The notes beneath the pieces were generated by a model. That model worked only from the letters and a program-made list of their open reading frames with translations. It searched no databases and was not told where the DNA came from. From a virus (taxonomy: Duplodnaviria; Caudoviricetes), in IMG/VR virus record IMGVR_UViG_2848576382_000012, positions 2,793 through 66,792 of that record: a stretch of DNA of 64,000 nt; one strand, 5' to 3'. How positions within the stretch are numbered: the first letter of the stretch is position 1; every line of letters starts with the position of its first letter. The position numbers and the translations under genes were made by a program. Below are positions 1 through 9,250 of the stretch, piece by piece.

Positions 1-18
1 CTGACATAGGCATTATTC

Positions 19-294
19 CTAGACGGTGGTTAATTGCGTGGTGATACTATTTCGAACGTTCTGAGCGGAATGCTCAGAAGTAACATTTTGTCCGAATACC
101 CAAATATGATAATCGATCATATTTACGCGAAACGCATACCAGTGCTGCTCTGGCGCATTCTCAATTTCTTTTAGAGTCATTGCAACAATCTGACCGGAGG
201 TGTCGCGCTGTACTTTCATTACATTGGTTATATAAACAATATTTGCCGTATTCACAACCTGACCAGCTGGCAAAGTAATAAATCTTGCCATCAC
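19..294 (-). CDS. Hypothetical phage protein
   Basis: 91-aa ORF co-oriented with neighbours; AGGAG-like RBS upstream. Confidence 0.6.
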   Translation of the reverse strand: MMARFITLPAGQVVNTANIVYITNVMKVQRDTSGQIVAMTLKEIENAPEQHWYAFRVNMIDYHIWVFGQNVTSEHSAQNVRNSITTQLTTV

Positions 295-321
295 TTTTTC
301 TCCTGTTATCGCCTACGTTAA

Positions 322-831
322 TTATATTTGATAAAAAACATGTTGCCCGTAACATATGTAGGTATCTATAAATCGATCCCGTGTATAGACTTCCCAATCA
401 AAATATAACCTGCATATCTCAGGGATCGCTTCATCATCTAAAAAATCGCTGTCGTACTGTATAATAAAATCGCTCTCTGATTCTAATGGTGCAAGTGTGG
501 TAATATATGCGTCTTCAAATTTTTCTTTATCAACGATATAAAGAAGATTCGTACAGTATTCATAATAGGCGTCTTGGCTATCGCCACTTAACTCAGATAA
601 TACGTCTATATATTCCCAGTTCAGATGCCCCTCTTTTTTAAGTGCTTCTTTGGGAATATCTATCCAATCGGGAAAAAAGTAACTATCGTCTTCATCCAGT
701 TCCCCGTAAAAAGTCTTAATGTTCTCTAAAAAATCGTCTTCATCCGTATAATCCAGTAGATCAAACCAGCGTCCGTGACTAGGATCTTGTGCGAAACGTT
801 TTTTTGTCGTGACAAAAATAGCAGGTGTCAT
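322..831 (-). CDS. ardA: ArdA-family antirestriction protein (acidic DNA mimic)
   Basis: Very acidic; G-x-W-FDL-x-DY-x-D N-terminal motif, DWIDIP, C-terminal YFDWEVYTRD...GQHVF. Confidence 0.85.
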   Translation of the reverse strand: MTPAIFVTTKKRFAQDPSHGRWFDLLDYTDEDDFLENIKTFYGELDEDDSYFFPDWIDIPKEALKKEGHLNWEYIDVLSELSGDSQDAYYEYCTNLLYIVDKEKFEDAYITTLAPLESESDFIIQYDSDFLDDEAIPEICRLYFDWEVYTRDRFIDTYICYGQHVFYQI

Positions 832-987
832 ATTCAGACCTCGCAGATAAATAATATTTCTTTTCGATGAATACTATTCTCTTTTTGTATGCACCTATGT
901 CAAATGAGTACGGAATATAACCCATAGAATTAATGAGATAGGTGCTGTTTTTATTTTATGAAAGGATGTTCTGTCAGAAGGGAGCAA

Positions 988-1419
988 CTAATCAATTAAA
1001 GCGCGTATTGGTGTCCAGATTTCTTGCCCTAAACCTGCACCATAATCCATTAAACCCTCGTATTTTTGACTAAATTGCTCTGACATTTTCGGTTCCTGTT
1101 CATAGGTCTTAAAAATGAAATGATTCAGTAAAAATAGGGTTGCCGTAATACCAACTTGTTCTGGTGATAAATCTTTAAAAGATGAACCATTTTCTGACCA
1201 TAACGAATAGCCACTATCAGGACAAATTAATATTGATTGATTAGAGAGTTCATAATATGAATAAGAATCCCCGTTATAATCCTCGGCGTATCTATCCATC
1301 CAGTTATAAAGATAGGTCTCTGCATTCATAAAATAATGACCAAAATGACGGGGTAAAAAAGCCAGCATTCTGTCATATCTGATTTCCTTTTTCGTGATGG
1401 GTTCTATACCTGAAAGCAT
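988..1419 (-). CDS. ArdB/KlcA-family antirestriction protein
   Basis: RMLAFLPRHFG, YNWMDRYAEDYNG, YYELSN, LSPEQVGITATLF and C-terminal IRALID match the Antirestrict family pattern. Confidence 0.8.
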   Translation of the reverse strand: MLSGIEPITKKEIRYDRMLAFLPRHFGHYFMNAETYLYNWMDRYAEDYNGDSYSYYELSNQSILICPDSGYSLWSENGSSFKDLSPEQVGITATLFLLNHFIFKTYEQEPKMSEQFSQKYEGLMDYGAGLGQEIWTPIRALID

Positions 1420-1540
1420 AAGTCACTCCTCAATTAATTGAGTTATTAAAGATAAATAGGTGACAATCAAACGATTATTGTTTGACCTAATTCAGTCAGG
1501 TTATTTTCTCAAGTAGAGTGTGTATGTCAAATTAGGGGGC

Positions 1541-1584
1541 TAAAGAGATAGCCCATGCCATAATCAGCATGGGCTATCTCTTTA
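1541..1584 (-). terminator. Perfect 18-bp inverted repeat, probable terminator downstream of parE
   Basis: taaagagatagcccatgc-N8-gcatgggctatctcttta. Confidence 0.7.
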
Positions 1585-1722
1585 ATTATGGTTGAAATTG
1601 AAAATATCCAGACGTTGTATTTATATAAACAAAATCAGGAGAAGTTGCATCATCATGTAAATGAGATTTAATCTTAAACGAAGAAAAGAATATATGAAAA
1701 ATCACGCTTATTATTTCCCTAT

Positions 1723-2007
1723 TTAGAGGAAGTAATGAGCGTGATTCATTTGTTGATGGAGGATACGCACAATGAAAATATCGTTTTCTCGGATCTTATA
1801 AAAAATCGTATGTTTGTGAAACTCAATGCGCATAACGTCAGGAACAACATCGTATTCCCTCCCAATATGCGGCATTCTGGCTAATGTATCGAAGAACTCT
1901 TCTAATGCCTCCGTATATTGGTCAGCCTGAGCTTCACCAAATTGCCGGAATGTATAGTCATAAATTCCGGCAAAATCTTCGGCTGCCTGTTTTGAGAGTC
2001 TATACAT
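1723..2007 (-). CDS. parE: ParE-family toxin
   Basis: MYRLSKQAAEDFAGIYDYT..FGEAQADQY, HTIFY, IVRILHQQM; ATG at 2007 overlaps the antitoxin stop. Confidence 0.88.
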   Translation of the reverse strand: MYRLSKQAAEDFAGIYDYTFRQFGEAQADQYTEALEEFFDTLARMPHIGREYDVVPDVMRIEFHKHTIFYKIRENDIFIVRILHQQMNHAHYFL

Positions 2008-2242
2008 TGTGTTTACGCTTCCTCTGCTCCGCAATATCCCGTAAGGTTAATGCACTTTCACCACTTTCCAGACCCGCAATAACCGCCTTGCGTATCACTT
2101 CATCATGCGCTTCCTGTTGTTCAAGCAGACGCAATGCGGAACGCATCACTTCACTGGCGTTTCCATAGCGACCGCTTTCAATCATACGCTGAACAAATCC
2201 GTCGAGCTGATCGCCCATACTAATCGTTGTAATCTTTCTCAT
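2000..2242 (-). CDS. parD: ParD-family RHH antitoxin
   Basis: ISMGDQLDGFV..IESGRYGNASEVMRSALRLLE, GLESG; directly upstream of parE. Confidence 0.88.
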   Translation of the reverse strand: MRKITTISMGDQLDGFVQRMIESGRYGNASEVMRSALRLLEQQEAHDEVIRKAVIAGLESGESALTLRDIAEQRKRKHNV

Positions 2243-2381
2243 ATCGCCTCCGTTGTATTAACTATTAATACAATTATCGCATGTTGTGGTCGTAAATCAA
2301 GCAATCTCAGTTATTGCGTTTAGAGAATATGCTGCAACTTCTGTATACCAGATTTTATTCTGCGCAATATCACGGGCTATC

Positions 2382-3509
2382 TTATTCCCCAAAATATGCC
2401 GCGTGTAAGACATCACCCATTGGTGTGCCTGGCTGAGTGGTGCGTGACCATGCTTTTGCTGCAGGAAAAATTTGTATCCATTTTGACAATGTTTCGCGGC
2501 CTTGTATCGTTCGGGGTTCTGGCAGGGAAATATCCACATAGGAGAGAATACCCTCCGCACCTGCAAATTGCTCCGGTTTTGCCTCTATGCCATCGGGGTT
2601 ACCAAAAAAGGAGGATATTAGACGGCTAAAGGTGAATGATCCTTTTAGTTCGAGCACATCAAATCGTGCTTCGTAGAACTGCGCACGGTCAAATAAGCCG
2701 TTGAGTAAGATTTCTGTACCCTGACATTGGTAAAATTCAGCATCATAGAACTGACCCACGAACGTGGTTTTATTAAAGATACAATTTACGAATACCGTTT
2801 CATTGTATATGCCGTCCAATGTCGCGCCCGTAAAATCTTCATCAACAATCACATGGCGTGAGTAATCCTTATTTAAGCGCCGTTTGTCAGCCGCTTCCAT
2901 CCGATAAACTTCCCGCGATGGGCGTACTTTTTTGGGGGGAATTTTATTATCCGATCCCGTCATACTGCTCGCGTCTGATAAACTCACGGGATATTGCGGA
3001 CACATGGTCGCAATGGCCGATTGCCTTAACTGGTCAATGACTTCGGGTTTTGCGCCTTTGCGTTTAGCCTGCACAATTTTGCACCATATGGTGTCCAGCT
3101 CGCCGTTTTTGATGATTTCATCCAATAAGCTCATCGCCGCATAATACTGGGGAGCATCAGGATTGTGTTTAAAGTATCCTGTTAACAATGCGGCTCGCAG
3201 CAGGCGTGGTACAGTCATACCTACCTGTTTATCCAATTTCGGCCCCAGATAGTTTGTTGCTACGGTTGTCCGCTGGACGCCAAATAAACGCGCAATACCG
3301 ACGGTATTCAGATCCAGTATTTTCATCCATGCCCGAATATCCGACACACGCGGACACGCAGGATTCTTCGGCCCCCAACGTAATAGTTCCCGTGTTTCCG
3401 CCAGATTACCCTGCATATAAAACCACACCGTTTCTTTTAGCTGCGCCTGCATAGCCTCTGTGGTTTCTTTTAAATAACTGTTCTCTACGAACCTTGCCCC
3501 TTGTGACAT
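2382..3509 (-). CDS. Protein with N-terminal HTH-like region and C-terminal pentapeptide-like repeats
   Basis: LNTVGIARLFGVQRTTV helix-turn-helix pattern; EDFTG ATLDG..TVFVN CIFNK TTFVG..AEFYQ..AQFYE ARFDV repeats; start at 3509 has an AAGGGGGA RBS. Confidence 0.6.
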   Translation of the reverse strand: MSQGARFVENSYLKETTEAMQAQLKETVWFYMQGNLAETRELLRWGPKNPACPRVSDIRAWMKILDLNTVGIARLFGVQRTTVATNYLGPKLDKQVGMTVPRLLRAALLTGYFKHNPDAPQYYAAMSLLDEIIKNGELDTIWCKIVQAKRKGAKPEVIDQLRQSAIATMCPQYPVSLSDASSMTGSDNKIPPKKVRPSREVYRMEAADKRRLNKDYSRHVIVDEDFTGATLDGIYNETVFVNCIFNKTTFVGQFYDAEFYQCQGTEILLNGLFDRAQFYEARFDVLELKGSFTFSRLISSFFGNPDGIEAKPEQFAGAEGILSYVDISLPEPRTIQGRETLSKWIQIFPAAKAWSRTTQPGTPMGDVLHAAYFGE

Positions 3510-3580
3510 TAGTCCCCCTTTTAGACCCTTATGTCTTATCACTGTTCTGGAATTTTATGCCTCAACCATCCAAAATCCGG

Positions 3581-3865
3581 TTATTTCGTCGTCGGCCATT
3601 GTTGCGCAGCATGAAGAACGCGTAAAACCATCAATATATCCCGTTTAACACGGTATACTAGAATATAATGTGGCCTCACTACGATTTCCCGTGTTCCTTT
3701 TACCCTGCCGGGTTTATACATCTCAGGTTGCAAACAAGCTCGTTCTGCGGACGCTTCAAATTCATCATCAAGCGCAATCGCCGCCTGTGGATTATCCTGA
3801 GCGATATACTCCATAATCTGCTCCCTGTCAGCCAAAGCCATAGGTTTCCACTCAAGACGCATCAT
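3581..3865 (-). CDS. RelE/StbE/ParE-family toxin
   Basis: LEWKPMALADREQIMEYIAQDNPQAA, GRVKGTREIVV, YILVYRV, LRVLHAAQQWP. Confidence 0.88.
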   Translation of the reverse strand: MMRLEWKPMALADREQIMEYIAQDNPQAAIALDDEFEASAERACLQPEMYKPGRVKGTREIVVRPHYILVYRVKRDILMVLRVLHAAQQWPTTK

Positions 3866-4302
3866 ATCCTCTTACGTAGATTGTCTTTTAGGGACGCAAA
3901 ATGACGTTTGGCGTCTTCATGTACTATCGCTGGGCGCGGATCGTCAAGAGATGTTTGTATCTGTGTTCTGAACCATTCATCATAGGCCGCCGCTTCATGC
4001 GCCCGTTTTAACGCCACGGCTCTATCTGGACGTGCATTCTTGCTCTGGTGTTCTGAACTGTAGTTGGACGCATCAACATTAAACTGTGCAATACCTACGT
4101 TTTTCAGGTAATTAACTAATGTTTCCAATTTTTTAAACAGCCGTACCTGACGACTGCGTTGAGCGGTTAACGAACACTCTGTCATGCCGTATTTCACTGT
4201 CACTACCCAGCCACCAAGCGTACTCACAACCTGAGCTTCACTAACCACACCCGCTTCAACTAAACGGTATAGCGTGGAATGATCTATAGTTTCTATTGCC
4301 AT
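3862..4302 (-). CDS. Antitoxin (StbC/PaaA2-like C-terminus)
   Basis: EAAAYDEWFRTQIQTSLDDPRPAIVHE motif; ATGA overlap with the toxin. Confidence 0.78.
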   Translation of the reverse strand: MAIETIDHSTLYRLVEAGVVSEAQVVSTLGGWVVTVKYGMTECSLTAQRSRQVRLFKKLETLVNYLKNVGIAQFNVDASNYSSEHQSKNARPDRAVALKRAHEAAAYDEWFRTQIQTSLDDPRPAIVHEDAKRHFASLKDNLRKRI

Positions 4303-4418
4303 AAGTTACCTCTAGGAATCGCTGTGCAAGTTACAAAAAGAAGTATTGCAATTAATTGTAATTTGCACAACGAAAAATAAAAAAATTTTAGATAATTCTG
4401 ACTAAGGCTTTTAGATAC

Positions 4419-4775
4419 TCATTTCTTTAAAGCGCATAATACGCCTTCAACAACAAAAAGTACGGCGGTAAACTTCATTGTTTTAGGCCAATCGAACACA
4501 ATATGCTCCACTACCGTATCACTTATTGTAATGCCTACGTGCTCATAATATTTTTTTACGGCAGTCGATGCGGCATCCTGCGCATCCATACTACCTCGGT
4601 GATAAATAACACTTTGCGCATCACGGCTGCGTAATTCGATACGCGCCAGTTGTGTCTCTGTTGCAGGCAGAAATTCGCCTTCTAGCACAAATACTTTAGG
4701 GAAAGTTCCTTCTTTAGATAAATCCAGTAAAACATATTCCGGTTTCATCTGTTCAGTCAGTTCTGACATATTCAT
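4419..4775 (-). CDS. Hypothetical protein
   Basis: 118-aa ORF with GAGGA RBS and upstream TTGACA. Confidence 0.6.
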   Translation of the reverse strand: MNMSELTEQMKPEYVLLDLSKEGTFPKVFVLEGEFLPATETQLARIELRSRDAQSVIYHRGSMDAQDAASTAVKKYYEHVGITISDTVVEHIVFDWPKTMKFTAVLFVVEGVLCALKK

Positions 4776-4827
4776 CTTAAAATTTCCTCTTGTTTTGATT
4801 TACCTTTCGTATCATCAGGCGTAATTG

Positions 4828-4861
4828 ATTTTTCCAAGAAATAGAAGTATGTCAATTGACA
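4828..4861 (-). promoter_or_regulatory. Putative sigma70 promoter of the leftward operon, with palindromic back-to-back -35 boxes
   Basis: TGTCAATTGACA palindrome at 4850-4861; minus strand TTGACA-16-AAAAAT. Confidence 0.4.
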
Positions 4862-5990
4862 AGATTGTTATTTCAGTTTTGCATAAAAATCACGTGATAA
4901 ATTAGAGTGTACTATTAAATTTTTGCTACCACTTTTTAGATAATTATTTAATAAAATCAATTTATTGCGTAGGTATTTTTAAGCGTTGCAGCATTTTTTT
5001 CTCGTTTTTAATCAAGATGTTAAATAGAAAAATTGCACACAATATGACACTTGCTAAAAACTAACAAAAGATCTCGCTAACAATAGAAATAAAAAGAATG
5101 GGAGAAAGCATAGAAGAGAATTTTTTAGGCTCGAAGATCTCGATAGATCTTTTTTGCAAAAAACAGTAAAAAATAGCACGATATTTAGAGAACTAAATAA
5201 TACGTTTATTTATATATTTATTATTAATTAATAATATTATATACATACTTCTTTTTTCTTTCCTCATGCCATTTATATTGCGATTTTTTCTAATAAAAAT
5301 AGCTGTATCTCTGACACAGAGAGAGATAATACATGACATAAGGTGCGCCGATACGTTTAGCAAACGTCTATACAAATTTTATTTCCTGCGCACACTTAAA
5401 TAACAACAGGTTACAAACAACATCACATCAAAGTACAAAATAGTTGTATTATGTCTAATCAGTAACTGATTGATAAAGAAAGGAATAATTTATAATGATT
5501 GTTAATAATATGTATCAGCATGTTAAATAAATGTTTCGTTTGCTTCTGGCTCCCACAGAGCGGCTTGCTACTTGAAATGTACAGAAAGAATCATTCTATA
5601 AATAACGTACAGCGCATTTCTGTACACGGCGGGGATACAGATATGTCATATAGGCTGCTTGCTCTGTGACGCGCACACAGAGAATGAATAAAAAAAAATT
5701 ATGTGTATTAGCATAACTTAATAATACGGTTGAATATTAATTCACTAAAAGTGACTTAATATTCATTTTGACGGTGTATGAAAAACATCTGATTCTCCTC
5801 GGTGAAATAACGGCACCTTACGTATGTGATCGCAAAAAAAGAAAAATAGCCCATTGACCCAGTGAAATGTTTTCGTTTTTGGAATTTATCTTTCTGAATA
5901 ATGAGATCATTTTTCCTCATACAGATTGTTATAAAAACGAAATATGTGATTTCATACAGTATTCTTATTTTTGTTATTAGTATCGAGAAA

Positions 5991-6019
5991 TTGACATAGG
6001 TTAATTAATAACCTATATT
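5991..6019 (+). promoter_or_regulatory. Sigma70 promoter with an overlapping palindromic operator
   Basis: TTGACA-17-TATATT; inverted repeat ATAGGTTA-N5-TAACCTAT at 5996-6016. Confidence 0.65.
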
Positions 6020-6065
6020 GATTGCATATCAGGCAATATAGCCACTTACAGAGAGAGGATTTATT

Positions 6066-6719
6066 ATGTTGACGAATACCGTTAAGACGCAAAAGAAAAG
6101 CGCGGCAAACGCGACTATTGCAGCCGCTGCGATTGCGGATATGAAAAAAGTGAAAGAGACAGTAGCAAAACATGATCAGTACAAACTAAATGGTTTAGAC
6201 GCGCGTAAAACGTTAATTAATGAAGTGTATCGCGTAGCAAAAGCAGATCATAAATTAAAAGCGGAAGTTTTTATTTTCTATGTAACTCAAATAGTTAAAA
6301 AAGGATCAGTGTTAGAAACTGTTTTACCCTTTTTCAAACAAGAAATTAAAGATATGTTTGATAGGGGCGAGCTGAAAGCAACTGCGATTGATAGTAATAC
6401 AGACGAATGCGTCAATGCAGACGTGGTATTTAATAATTTAAGGCGTTTATTTAATGCGGCAAAAAGTCGCTATGATAACGCGAAAAATGGCGGGAAAGGG
6501 GCAGATACACGCGACGACGAAATCAAGGCTAAATCATTCCTCGCGGTAACAAAAATGTGTGATATAGCGGAGGGATTTACTATGTTGCCACAAGCACGAC
6601 AATATAAGCTGATAAAATCGCTTTTCTTACAGCTTGATCCTACCAATCGTTTAGATTTGTTACTGGAACTGGACGCAATGAAAGAACAACCCATTCCAGA
6701 AATTGACGAGATAAAATAA
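6066..6719 (+). CDS. Hypothetical protein (monocistronic, probably early)
   Basis: 217-aa ORF, GAGGA RBS, consensus promoter upstream, terminator downstream. Confidence 0.75.
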   Translation: MLTNTVKTQKKSAANATIAAAAIADMKKVKETVAKHDQYKLNGLDARKTLINEVYRVAKADHKLKAEVFIFYVTQIVKKGSVLETVLPFFKQEIKDMFDRGELKATAIDSNTDECVNADVVFNNLRRLFNAAKSRYDNAKNGGKGADTRDDEIKAKSFLAVTKMCDIAEGFTMLPQARQYKLIKSLFLQLDPTNRLDLLLELDAMKEQPIPEIDEIK

Positions 6720-6740
6720 AAATCAGTGATCTATATTATA

Positions 6741-6770
6741 TGCCTCGTGCTATGCGGGGCTTTTTTATGT
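6741..6770 (+). terminator. Rho-independent terminator, copy 1
   Basis: gcctcgtgctatgcggggc followed by T-tract. Confidence 0.75.
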
Positions 6771-6917
6771 CTGCTATTCTGAACTTAAAAGGCAAAACAC
6801 TATCATTATTTCTTAGATGATTTGATAAAACATTTATGATAGGACTTTTAAGAGGGATATTCTGGAAGCATCAAAATGTATACTTTTTGATAGATTAAAA
6901 ATGTATCAGTTATTAAC

Positions 6918-6947
6918 TGCCTCGCGCTATGCGGGGCTTTTTTGTGT
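6918..6947 (+). terminator. Rho-independent terminator, copy 2
   Basis: gcctcgcgctatgcggggc followed by T-tract; near-identical to copy 1. Confidence 0.75.
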
Positions 6948-7314
6948 CTAATTGACTGAATAGAAAAGGGAACTTTTCATTACGATATAGACAATAAAGC
7001 CTGTCACACTGCGCTTCACTGTCATTAGATAATTAAAATTATATTAATAATCAATAGGTTAATTTATGTTCTATCTGGTGAAAGAAGTACGTTTTAGCCG
7101 CCAGGGAAGTCCCCCTTATGGGAAATTCGGTGGCCATGACGCATGGCGGCCGGTGGGACAACCTTGCAAGATTCTCACCGTTTTTTAAAATATACCGATG
7201 CCCCTATGTCAAAAGAGACCCCTCCCCCCCTTATTTATAATAAAAAACCAACGTGTCCGAGGAGAATGTCGGCTACTATACTTGTTCCAGTAATAAGCGT
7301 ATTAAGGAATAGAG

Positions 7315-7905
7315 ATGAGACACTATACTGTTGAAACCATTCTGGCCGACATGGAAAAAGCATTATCCTCTGTACCAAAGATAACGTATTCCCCCCTTTC
7401 TCTCCCCATAGAAATGTATGAAGGAACACTGGGGCTTGAACTTTATTATTCGCTTGATAAGGTGAAACACCTAACAGATAACGACTGGGATAAACTTATT
7501 TTGGAAGCCCGTAAAAAGGATATTGTTGTTATAGGAAATAAAGATGACACGAGACAATGTATTCAGTTTTGTCGCGGCGAATTTCAAACCACAATGCAGG
7601 ATATCTATTTTGAAGCATTAGACATGACGCCTTATGACGAGGGTGATCAAATGTTTCATGAGTGGTTAAAACTCAACATATCAGCAACTGATTTAGGAAA
7701 ATTATTAGGCGTCAGTGTGTTCTATGCCTGTTGTGCACCTGGGGGTGCTCATGCGGGAGCAGAAATACCACAACATATCGTGGAGCAGGCAAAACAGGCT
7801 TATCTGATTATATCGTTTCGACACCATCTTCGGGTGATAAACGAGCGAGAATATGAACATAAGGTTCCTCATGATCAAATTCATGGCTGCTGTTCTGATG
7901 ATTAG
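7315..7905 (+). CDS. Hypothetical protein, possible HTH in C-terminal half
   Basis: 196-aa ORF, AAGGA RBS; LNISATDLGKLLGVS. Confidence 0.6.
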   Translation: MRHYTVETILADMEKALSSVPKITYSPLSLPIEMYEGTLGLELYYSLDKVKHLTDNDWDKLILEARKKDIVVIGNKDDTRQCIQFCRGEFQTTMQDIYFEALDMTPYDEGDQMFHEWLKLNISATDLGKLLGVSVFYACCAPGGAHAGAEIPQHIVEQAKQAYLIISFRHHLRVINEREYEHKVPHDQIHGCCSDD

Positions 7906-7916
7906 TGTGACGGTAC

Positions 7917-7981
7917 GTTATTGTGCTACTTAAAAGAAGGATTCAGACATAAACTATCACCAATTTAAGTTGGTGATAGTT
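7917..7981. repeat. 65-bp direct repeat, copy 1, containing a 12-bp-stem hairpin
   Basis: gttattgtgctacttaa...aactatcaccaa-tttaag-ttggtgatagtt; 57/65 identical to 10053-10117. Confidence 0.9.
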
Positions 7982-8125
7982 GTAACGACCTAGATAGAAA
8001 TTACAATGCTATTTTTTAAAAAATAAGTTAAAATTAATAGGGTGATGAACGCCACATAATTTCAATTGAAGTTCATTTCCATAATTTTTGTTGATGGTTG
8101 GAATCAAATAAACACGGAATTAAAA

Positions 8126-8449
8126 ATGGATACTAAAAAAGTAGAAGAATTAATGAAAGAAAGTGGATTTACTTTTAAGGATATGGAGTTATTAAAATCT
8201 ATAAATAAAAAGAATGGAACTACATTGTTAGATGAAATGATCAGCTTAGAAGGTCGTTTTTATAGGTTGTTATTTGTTCTTCCTTTTTCTTTCTTAGTTT
8301 TAGCGTACTTTTTTTTAATGGCGGGTGAAGCAAATGTTATAGGGTTTTTTATTGCTTTATTTATTCTGCTTCCTCTTACGTTAGTAATGACAGCTTTTAA
8401 ATTGTCCTATCGGTCGTTTGTGTTTATGAGAAAATACAAACGACTGTGA
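8126..8449 (+). CDS. Two-TM membrane protein, candidate immunity protein for the DUF4225 effector
   Basis: Two hydrophobic segments; convergent with the DUF4225 gene (4-bp gap); ATG at 8126 preferred over 8066. Confidence 0.6.
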   Translation: MDTKKVEELMKESGFTFKDMELLKSINKKNGTTLLDEMISLEGRFYRLLFVLPFSFLVLAYFFLMAGEANVIGFFIALFILLPLTLVMTAFKLSYRSFVFMRKYKRL

Positions 8450-8453
8450 TATA

Positions 8454-9248
8454 TTATTTTTTACTATTTGCGGGGTCGTTATATGCGTCGTAGGTTGACT
8501 TTAACGTTACCCCATCTGCTAATATTTCGAATGAAAGTGCATATCCGCCCATAGTTTTATAACTTAAAACGTAATCTTCTTTTATATAATAAAATAATCT
8601 CCACGCTTCGGGTTTTAATACACTTCTAAATACACCGTATCCAGAAAGTGCGATGTCCACCCCTCCATAGACTAAATTGGCCGTCTTCTTATCTGAGCCT
8701 ATAAATTCAAAAGCATGTTCGTAGCCTAATTTTAAATAGCCTTTATAATCCGCATCATTATTAAGTATTGATGTTAAGTTCTCTTCGAAATTACCTGCGC
8801 CATGAATTATCATTGCTGAGCCTGCAACATAACCAACTATTGTTTGACTTGTCATTGTAACAAGGGCAACACCAGTGATGAATTGTGCAGCTCCAGCAAC
8901 TAAACCTACCCCCTTTAAAATATAAGTGTAGACATCATTTTCTTTTTTTATTTCAATAATTGCATACTTTTGAGCCATGTTATTTCTAAGCGTGTTTTCT
9001 TGCTCAGCAAGATATAATTTTTCTTGCTTTAAATCTTGTATTGCTTGTGATTTAGCGGATTCAGAAGATGATGCGCTTGATAATATTCCTAAATTATGAT
9101 CAGTGAATTTTTTAACATCACTTTGAAATCTCAGTTTTACTGAGACATTTCCAAGAAATTTTGATAATGCCAGAGATGACTCCGTTACGCTTCTGGCAGC
9201 TAATGCGCCCATAGTGGAAAAGTAATCATCATTTCTATTTATATACAT
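8454..9248 (-). CDS. DUF4225-like protein, putative Hcp-associated effector
   Basis: GVGLVAGAAQF..G, HGAGNFEE, ANLVYGGVDIALSGYG, LKPEAWRLFYYI..DY; 2 bp downstream of hcp. Confidence 0.78.
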   Translation of the reverse strand: MYINRNDDYFSTMGALAARSVTESSLALSKFLGNVSVKLRFQSDVKKFTDHNLGILSSASSSESAKSQAIQDLKQEKLYLAEQENTLRNNMAQKYAIIEIKKENDVYTYILKGVGLVAGAAQFITGVALVTMTSQTIVGYVAGSAMIIHGAGNFEENLTSILNNDADYKGYLKLGYEHAFEFIGSDKKTANLVYGGVDIALSGYGVFRSVLKPEAWRLFYYIKEDYVLSYKTMGGYALSFEILADGVTLKSTYDAYNDPANSKK

Positions 9249-9250
9249 GA

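Noticed and set aside
2297-2566. Overlapping ORF suggesting a frameshifted C-terminus of the pentapeptide protein
   Set aside because: The main frame ends plausibly; no clear slippery site or recognisable motif in the alternative frame
5193-5375. 60-aa ORF in the AT-rich region
   Set aside because: Low-complexity Ile/Asn/Lys product with no RBS; likely spurious
7952-7981. 30-bp near-palindrome as a protelomerase telRL site
   Set aside because: Two copies, terminator-like context, and no protelomerase gene seen in the window
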